Shown: piece after piece, positions 55,287 to 64,000 of the stretch
Layout of the letters: every line of letters begins with the position of its first letter
Numbering within the stretch: position 1 is the first letter of the stretch
Translations under genes and position numbers: made by a program
NCBI RefSeq assembly: GCF_009914755.1
Contig: NC_060932.1
Length of the DNA stretch: 64,000 nt
Strand: one strand, 5' to 3'
DNA from: the human T2T-CHM13v2.0 reference genome, Homo sapiens
The notes under the pieces: generated by a model
What the model saw: the letters and a program-made list of their open reading frames with translations, nothing else
Database searches by the model: none
What the model was told of the DNA's origin: nothing

Positions 55287-55352
55287 TATACTCAATCCCC
55301 TTAAAACACTCCCTTTTAGTATACTCAATCCCTTTAAAACACCCCCTTTTAA
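55287..55352 (+). repeat. 33-bp tandem duplication
   Basis: tatactcaatccccttaaaacactcccttttag / tatactcaatccctttaaaacacccccttttaa (3 mismatches). Confidence 0.92.
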
Positions 55353-55946
55353 CTTAGCCACTTCCTTCTAAGACACTACAAGCAATTTGACTGGCAGATC
55401 TCATTCATGCACCATATAATTGTTTCCTGATTTGGGGTTTAAGAATTATATAAAGCATAAGCGGTTTGAGTATAAAGTAATGAGATCTCTAACAAACAGA
55501 CTTAAATTTACATTTTCAAACAAGTCATTTTCATCCAAAGGCATCTCCTTGAGAGTCTGTAGTCGTTCCATTTATGTGACCATTCTTCTCTTTAAAGTGA
55601 CCTTCTTCATGGGCATCCTGTTCACAAACCTCCCATGAGGTTACGTTATGATGTACTGACATCATTCAGTGTCAATATATTGAAAAAGTAGGTGATATGG
55701 CTTGGTAGGGGTATGGAAAAGAAGGAAAAGAAGAAAAGAAAGATTATGAGAAGTTGGATAAAATAATGTGACTAGTCTTCCTGTGTGATTCATGAACAGA
55801 TTCAGAAGATGGTTCTAAAACAACAGTTTCAAACAAAGTTTTGAACAAAGACAGTAGTATTGATGAACTCTATGTGTGGGCTCTAAGCTTATTTGAAGGA
55901 TGGTGCTCATTTGCATATATGCATACTAATTTGCTAATTTTAAATA

Positions 55947-56232
55947 CAGTATTCTTCCCTTATCCAAGACCCCCACAGATGCCTGAAACTGTGGATGATA
56001 CCAAACCCTATATACTATGGATTTTTTTTCTTTACATACATACTTATAATACATTTTAATTTATAAATTAGGCATAGTAAGGGATTAAAAATAATAATAA
56101 AATAGAACAATTATAACAATATGCTGTAATAAGAGTTATTTGAGTGTGGTCTTTCTCTGTCTCAAAGTATTGTACTGTGCCTCAGGTAACTGAAAACAGA
56201 AAAAGCAAAACGATGGATAGTAGGGACTACTA
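55947..56232. mobile_element. MER44A-like non-autonomous TcMar-Tigger DNA transposon
   Basis: TA, then cagtattcttcccttatcc ... ggatagtagggactact (degenerate TIRs); internal ccaagacccc..gatgcctgaaac and aataaaatagaacaattataacaatat. Confidence 0.88.
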
Positions 56233-57649
56233 TTGTGTGTGTGTGTACTCATATTCTATGGGAATACTTTATATGCCTTTTACCATATTTATATCTTGAA
56301 AGAGGAAGGAAAAAAAGATGAGCTGCGCAGTAAGAAACTGGAGCAACAGAACATTGTGTAGCTGACGCCTAGTCAGCTGCCTATTTGCTCCCATATTTTG
56401 CCATTCGTTAGATAAGGAGCTTTCACACTTAGTTCCAATTCATTGAATTTTGCCTATAAAGTGCTTTATTGGTTGTTTCTTGTATTAGTCATGCAAGAAA
56501 GTCAGTTTTATTACCTTAGCATCACAATTTTAGACCCCCAAAATTGCATTATCCAGTTTGGATTACTCAATTTATATATTAGACTTGGTTGTGAATGCAT
56601 TCCCATTATTTCTAAAACCAAAATAATCCTCAAAAGAAAATGTCTTCAACCTTTGATGGTAGTCTGTAGTTTGAAGAATATGTCACATATTGTGAAAATA
56701 ATTCCAAAAAGTTTCTTACAGTAATATTTCATCAATGCTCACTCATTGGCTTAACATGACCATTTGAAGGGGACAGCACTCTGAGTGTCCAATTTTTGAT
56801 GTGTGTACCTAGAAAGTTTTAATGGAGTTTTATTTTTACATATCTACTTTCGTAGAACATATGATTATAAAATTGTAAATGTAATGACTATAAGCCAACT
56901 TGATCACTTTCCTTTTATGAATGGCCTCAGGGGTTAACATCAAATCAGAATAAATATTGAAGGGTAAAGTTAAACTAATTTTAATTGTTACATAAAATCT
57001 TTCTAAGATATAGTATTTCATTTCCATCTACCTTCAATTATAGGAAAATGGGTTGTTAAAAAATTATGCCTTGTTGAGATAAATTGTTTTTTTTTGAAAC
57101 TATTTGAAGCATGAAGGAACTAGTATATCTCAACACATTGCAGGAGAAGAGTTTTTTAAAAACTTAGACATAACAGTTTTATCAATACATAATTGTGAGC
57201 ATTTTATCTACTGATTTACTTAAATTAGTTAGATGTCTGTAGATTATGTAAGTCACTGACTGGCTAGGGAACCATCATATTCACTAATATATTCACCTGG
57301 ACCAATTTCTTATGTGCAGATTTGGGTATTTTGAAAGATAAATACATGGAGCATTTTAACACCTATTTTTAATTCCCTCTGGCTTTATTTTACTTAAATG
57401 GAGGAGTCTACAAATATCACTTGGAGATAAGCTTTATAAAGTTTCTGTAAAAATTCATACCTTGCCAGATGTTGTTTCATCTCCTACCCCTAAAGGCTTC
57501 AAAGTGAACATCAAGAAAATGTCTTCAACCACTTCTACTACATCTGGGGCTCGGGAATTTTCTGAACATTTCAGTCAAAGCTTGACACCTTTAGATTTTC
57601 TATACACCAAACATTATCAGGTTATGTGATTTACCAATACGTTATTTTC

Positions 57650-57800
57650 AGAACAAGAAGGAATTTGGCAATAATTTAGTTTAACCCTATATATTGTATA
57701 TGAGAAAACCAAGACGTGAAAGTGTGAAGTTCCTTGTTCAGGTCATAGCCTTTGATACTAGTAGAATGTGAAGAATTATTCAGACCAGTATGTCTTAGGA
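57650..57800 (-). mobile_element. MIR3-like fragment
   Basis: attgtatatgagaaaaccaagacgtgaaagtgtgaagttccttgttcaggtcatagc. Confidence 0.45.
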
Positions 57801-57840
57801 CACACCACCCTGCTCCATGGACAGTTGGAACTAGACAGAT

Positions 57841-57964
<124 letters not shown>

Positions 57965-58578
57965 TACAGATATAATTGCTTTTTCTTGATCTATTTGTAG
58001 TTAGCTAATCCAATGCCGGTCTGAACAGATTTGTAACTCATTTACGCTTTTTATTTTTATTTTTCTGATCACGTAAAGATATATTTTTCTCAAGAGAATA
58101 AAAAAGAAATCAAGACTAAAATAGGTCAAGCTTTGAAACCTTCTAGCTAGAGTTGATTCAAAACTTTTTTGAGGCCGTGTTTCCTCTTGATCATAGAGGT
58201 GGTAGTCAGAGCAGGCTTGTCTCCAGCCCTCTCAAGACAGTGGCACTGCCGAGGAGGGACAGGGGGTGGTCATGGGGGTGGCAGGTGGCCACAGGGGCGA
58301 GCTGAGCAGCAAATTCTTTAAGGGAACCAGAGGTCATTTAAGGATGTTCATTGTGTTCTTCTTTATTTGGAATTCTGTTTATGCTGTTAACATTAACACA
58401 GATTTTCCTTAATGAATGTTTTCCAGCTGAAAGATATATTGTGTGAATCTTTTGAACATTACTTCACTAAATTAAAATAGCTCTGTCTTGCAATGAGGCC
58501 TTTGCCTTTTGATGTTATACTTAGGTTTCAGATAATGTCCATGACAATACACATGTACTCTGCAAAGATGATCTTTTT

Positions 58579-58872
58579 TTATTTTATATATATTTTTTGA
58601 GACAGAGTTTCACACCTGTCACCCAGGCTGGAGTGCAGTGGTGCCATCTTGGCTCACTGCAGCCTCCACCTCCCTGCTCAAGCAATTCTCCTGCCTCAGA
58701 CTCTCAAGTAGCTGGGTCTACAGGTACATGCCACCACGCTGAGCTAATTTTTGTATTTTTTGAGGGCACGGGGTTTCTTATTAGTATGATGCCTAGGCTG
58801 GTCTCCAACTCCTGAGCTTGTCTTGGCCTCCCAAAGTGCTGGGATTACAGGTGTGAGTCACTGCACCTGGGA
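58579..58872 (-). mobile_element. Alu (old S or J), diverged, with a small deletion in the left arm
   Basis: Antisense dimer; exact TSD gatcttttt 58570-58578 / 58873-58881. Confidence 0.95.
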
Positions 58873-60725
58873 GATCTTTTTAATCAATGTCATTTAGGGT
58901 TCACAGTATATTTTAATAATTTGAAAGGTTTTCTGTCTGGTGATACCAAAATTAATGTAAATATTTAGGTTTTATTATTTCACAATTTGAATCCATGCAT
59001 TTACTTAAAACCATATTTTTCCCTGCAAGCTTGGTGACCTTACTGCCAAAACTGTATACATTTTGCTTCTTATCCCATTAAAAAAGTACAAGTGTTATAA
59101 TATTTTTCCTATTTTATTTTAAATGATTGGGAGGATGGAGACGCTGTTTCAAATCTCCCTATGCAAAAGCCAAAGAGAAACCATCACCACATTCGTGGTG
59201 ATTGTATTTACTAAATCACTTCCAAATTAGACACTTCAGAAACAACATGCTACACAAATAGCAAATATTCAATTCATGCATTGCCTGAAGGCTTTGGACT
59301 GCATTACCCTACATATCCATCACAGGAACAATAGAATAAAATGATTCTGCAAGGTTGGAGAAATCAAACCCACTCAGCCACTTTTCATAAGGAATATTTG
59401 GATAACCAAGGCTTGATGCAAATATTTGTTACTAGCCATTATGACAAGCTGGGGACATTCCATGATCTTATTAGTACCCAGTCATTCACAGTTTGCTTTT
59501 TCTGTATCAAAACATGCACACAGATAATAGGAATAAATTGTTTATTTCCCATGTTACTAGGCAATTATAAATATTTCAGCAAGAGGGTTATACTGTGCCA
59601 AGGTTAGAATCTAATAGAATAATTCAAGATGCAAATGCCATTGTTTAGTAAGCTAATGCTGATGTTCGCAAATAGTCTTCATCTGATTGGCTTCTAAGTA
59701 AAAAGACTTAAAACAGAATATGGTATGCACTACCTTTTAAAAAGCTGTTAGCTTATTGCTTATCACTTCTGTAAGGTCTCCTTTATTTTTTCATCTCTGG
59801 ACAGTATTCTAGGAAATAATGCTATATACTGTACATACCTATTAGCAACTGAGAACTCCCTAATTCAATTCTACAATATTTTAAATACAAAAATTACAAG
59901 AGTTACAAAGCTACTGGTTTATCTTACTACTTTTATTATACAATGTTTTTAGAGGACTCTGCTTCATTCAGTATTGCAGGCAACTTTTTCCACTATTGTT
60001 CTTCATGATGTTTTGTAACTGCTGATACGTAAAATTGAGATTTATTAATAAGTTATAGCTTCTCTGAAAAATAAAAATATAGTTACAGAATCATGGAACT
60101 AGAACTGGTTTGAGGAATTTTTGAACCATCTTACTGTACAGGTCAAAGAAGATATGCCAGTGAAATAAAACAATCTGACCTGAATTTAAGTTAATCTTTT
60201 GCAGAACAGCCAAGACCAAAGCTGAGGCCACATAATACATTGTCTGGTGTAGCGCTGTTTACACTACCTCATATTTTTGCCTCTTCTTTCCAAAACTTTG
60301 TTATTGTTGTGGGAGAAAGGTGGGAGAAGGCTATCTAGGAGGTCTACCTACCCCTTTTGCATTCTACGGGTTCACTCAGAACTCTCTATCCCTACAGAAA
60401 TGCTCATCTATTCTATTTTCCATAGTCATTTCTTTCATTTTCTATTATTTTCATAAGTTTTTTTCTTATTCTTTCCATTTTAGAGAAGATAGAAAGATTG
60501 TTAAAATTTGTAGTTCTTTTATGATGTTCTGGAAAAACATGAGAAGGGAGCAAGATATTTTAAAACAGGAGCATTTCTTCAAGTTTTAAGAGATGGAATG
60601 GAGAGAGAGGACATCCTTCTCAGCAGTCACTGGGATATACCTATGGGTAGGAGATCAGGAGTAGAGCGATTTCCAGAAGGGCTGGGCTGCTTTCTGATTA
60701 CGCTTCAATGGGCTAACTCTTTATC

Positions 60726-60832
60726 TGATGAGTTAATGGGTGCAGCACACCAATATGGCACATGTATACATATGTAACAAACCTGCACGCTGTGCACATG
60801 TACCCTAGAACTTAAAGTAAATTAAAAAAAAT
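60726..60832 (+). mobile_element. Very short young L1PA (about PA3/4) 3' end
   Basis: gagttaatgggtgcagcacacc..atggcacatgtatacatatgtaacaaacctgcac..gtaccctagaacttaaagta plus short A tail. Confidence 0.95.
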
Positions 60833-60915
60833 AGTTTTTTCCCCTTTTTGGTGGAAACTAGTCATAGGACATGTAGATTAAAACAAACCCTCCTCCATCT
60901 TAAAAGTAAGAAGGA

Positions 60916-61455
60916 GGGTGAGATGGGAGGATTGCCTGAGCCCGGGAAGTCAAGGCTGCAGTGAACCATGTTCATGCCACTGCACTCCAGCCTGGGTGAC
61001 AGAGTGAGACCTTATCTCAGAAACTATAGGAAAAAAAAACACCACAAAAACACAAAATGATATGGTTTGGCTGTGTTGACACCCAAATCTCATCTTGAAC
61101 TGTAACTCCCACCATTCCCACTTCCATGACATGTGGGAACATGTCATGGGAGGAACCCAGTGGGAGGTGATTGAATTATGGGGGCAGGTCTTTCCTGTGC
61201 TGTTCTCATGATAGTGAATGAGTTCACAAGATCTGACGGTTTTAAAAATGGGAGTTTCCCTGCACAAGCTCTCTTTTTGCCTGCTGCCATCCACATAAAA
61301 TGTGGCTTGTTCCTCCTTGCCTTCTGCCATGATTGTGAGGCCTCCCCAGCCATGTAGAACTGTAAGTCCATTAAACCTCTTTTTTTGTAAATTGCCCAGT
61401 CTTGAGTATGTCTTTATCAGCAGCATGAAAATGGACTAATACACAAGACAAACAA
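60916..61455 (+). mobile_element. 5'-truncated AluJ right arm / FRAM with a THE1 in its A-tail
   Basis: gggaggattgcctgagcccggg..cactgcactccagcctgggtgacagagtgagacc; exact 14-bp TSD aaaagtaagaagga 60902-60915 / 61456-61469. Confidence 0.92.
61058..61443 (+). mobile_element. THE1B-like solo LTR (ERVL-MaLR)
   Basis: tgatatggtttggctgtgt...ggactaataca; ATTAAA signal near 61370; TSD caaaa 61053-61057 / caaga 61444-61448. Confidence 0.95.
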
Positions 61456-61671
61456 AAAAGTAAGAAGGACAGACAGAAACAAAAACTATGTTTTTATCAA
61501 TTTAGTATTCAATGTGGCATTGATTAGTATCTAACACACACACATTTGTTAGTTTATTTGTTTTCTTCATGTAGTGAATATCTCACATTTGTATATGGTT
61601 GAATGTACAAAAGTTCAGATGTCTTCCAAGAGAGCTAGGATGCTTTTTATTTATTTCCAAAATATTATTCT

Positions 61672-61976
61672 AGTTAGGTGCAGTGAATCATGCCTGTAAG
61701 CCTAGCACTTTGGGAGGCCAAGGCAGAAAGATCACTTGAGCCCAGGAGTTCGACACTGGGCAACAAAGCAAGACCTGCCTCCACAAAACAACTGAAAAGT
61801 TAGCCAGGCATAGTGGCACATGCGTGTAGTCTCTGTTACTCAGGTAGCTGTGGTAGGAGAATCACTTGAGCCCAGGAGGTTGAGGCTGCAGTGAGCTGTG
61901 ATCGCACTACTGCATTTCAGCCTGGGCGACACAGAAAGACTCTGTCTCAAAAAAAAAAAAAAAAAAAAAAAAACAA

Positions 61977-62029
<53 letters not shown>
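61672..62029 (+). mobile_element. AluJ with long A tail and an (AT)n microsatellite at 61981-62029
   Basis: gatcacttgagcccaggagtt and gaggctgcagtgagctgtgatcg are J-type positions. Confidence 0.93.
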
Positions 62030-62033
<4 letters not shown>

Positions 62034-63569
62034 ATTCTGAAACAAGAAGGAGGTAAATTTCATTCATTGTGTAATCATCAAAATAAAGAAAAATCTAGAA
62101 GAAGTTTTTCAGCTCACCACTTGTAGATCCCAGATGAGAATACAACCTTCTGGAACATATCCCCTATGGACTGATGTCCCCAAATTTAAAATATTCCAGC
62201 CTTTGGGATTCACATTTTATGAATTTTTATATGATTCATTTGTTTATTGGCATACTAATCTTTCTAGGTACATCAGAATGTATATATAAACATGGTTAGT
62301 AATTGATGTAATAAGATTCAAAAGACAAAACTTAATAGAACTCTATTTTTCTAAAAACCGGACATTCTGGGCTAAAAGCACAAATAGTAAAATATAGGCC
62401 ACTAAGAAGCACTTACACACTGAGCATGAGGCACACAGAGTTTAACGTTTCCCTTTGGGGTGGCAGAAATTTTTAGTAGGGTTTTTTTCTTCATTTCCAA
62501 AGGCATGCAAGGGTTGGGACATCCAATCTTTAATGTGCAATAAAATGAAATGGCAATTTTCCAAGAGCCGTGAGACTGCAGCTAATTAGCACATTAATTT
62601 ATATAAATAAAATTCTCTTTGCTGTTCCCCAGTGTTCTGCCTGAGAAATGCAACAAGATGAATGAACATGACAAATCAAAGTGAAATTTACAGGCTTAAA
62701 ATAAAGGATACAGAAATAATCCCTTGACCTTATTCCAACTTTTCTGTCCCTGCTTCATCAGTGCAGCTCTGCCAAGAGCTCCTAAATGTATGCTCCTTGT
62801 TCCACCACACTTCAATTCTAAGGAAAATTTCCCAGGAAGAGTACAACCAGTTCTTTCCTCCAGGACTTGAACTCCTAAATAAAATAGCTCAGTTTACAAC
62901 TCAAGAGAACGACTCTCTTTTATTTTTACATTTACTTTTAAGATTTTCTCACGTACATTTCTTAACAAAAACATAAACATTGTTTCCATTTTTTAATATT
63001 TTCCTTGCATACAAAATATTGTGTTTAATTATTCTTAGTTTTAACTAATTTTTATGATTAACCTGAATTTTTAAAACTAAAAATTTCCTAAGGCCAAGTC
63101 AGTATTTCAAGTGAAATTGTTAGTTTAATAGAAAAGCAAACTCCTAATTACCAGGAACTTTATTTTATTCAATTTTTATTTTATTATTACTCTTAAAAAT
63201 ACATTTAATGTAGTAACTACTTTCAAATATGTATGCATACATTCTTACTGTTACATACATATCTAATACATATATCCAGATATATCCCCCTTGACAGAAG
63301 ATGGCCTGTACAACCATAGGTAGTTGGCCCTGATTATAACACAAAATTAATAAAATTAATTTTATGAAAAATACAATAGAACAGAACATAAAAGGACATA
63401 ATTTATATAGTAAATATAAGTACTGTTTTGAGACACCTCTATCAGTTATAAGTGCCTGAGTGTATACATTGTGATGAAACATGTATTTCTAGTCATGTTC
63501 ATAAAAGTTCATAAGATCCTCTATAAAGTAGAATATAGAAAAAACTAGAGTCTGGACTATTATTTCTTA

Positions 63570-63950
63570 ATTCATATATTCAATAAAAAATTATCATGAG
63601 GGTACAAGAGCGAACAAGACAGTGTGTGGTCTTATGGAATGTATGTTATAGTGAAAAATCAGAAAATAAACAAGTGAACAAAACATATATGTGATATGAT
63701 CTCTAGTGATGGTGACATAAAAGAACGTAAAGGAAGATTAGAGGATTGGAGACAGACACTAAGGGTAGCATGGGGCTGCTGTAATACAACTGTTAAAGAG
63801 GGCTCACTGAAGAGGTACTATTTGTTCACCCTGAATAGTGTGAAAAGGAGCATTTCAGCCATGGGCACAACTAATGCAAAGTTCCTGAGGTAGGAACATG
63901 ATTAGCATGTATAGAGGAGCTGCATGAAGGCCATTAGGAGTGGAGTGGGG
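63570..63950 (-). mobile_element. L2 3' region
   Basis: ttcatatattcaataaa..gaacaagacag..aataaacaagt..tgcaaagttcctgaggtaggaacatg..gaaggcca. Confidence 0.8.
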
Positions 63951-64000
63951 TACCCGTTGGGGGAATGGGTACCATGACACCCAGGGAGAGGGTCAACTGC

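Noticed and set aside
55287-55352. CRISPR-like 33-bp direct repeat
   Set aside because: Two adjacent copies, no spacers, no cas genes, eukaryotic context
58250-58300. G-quadruplex or CTCF-like G-rich patch
   Set aside because: The fourth G-tract needs a long loop and the CTCF match is partial
59183-59202. Hairpin atcaccac-attc-gtggtgat
   Set aside because: An 8-bp stem is expected by chance in 64 kb

Overview
This is primate (human-like) nuclear DNA: AT-rich, CpG-depleted, and carrying Alu, L1PA and THE1 elements. I see no protein-coding gene, RNA gene or CRISPR array and cannot name the locus. The ORF track is mostly retroelement remnants, simple repeats or chance ORFs. About 1-35 kb is dense in nested transposons (L1MA/PA/MB/ME, HAL1, MIR, L2, Alu, THE1C, MLT1, an ERV1 solo LTR), several with readable target-site duplications (TSDs). 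From about 35.5 to 53 kb I recognise almost no interspersed repeats; this stretch holds several blocks that look like conserved non-coding or enhancer sequence. The last 11 kb has MER44, a compound GATA/GACA STR, Alus, THE1B, a short L1PA and L2. I found no evidence for a new biological system. The best leads are the repeat-poor domain with its motif-dense block at ~35.7 kb, a few + strand splice-site pairs (possible lncRNA exons), and template-switch or fold-back scars. Subfamily calls come from recalled consensus sequences, not a search, and boundaries of old repeats are approximate.
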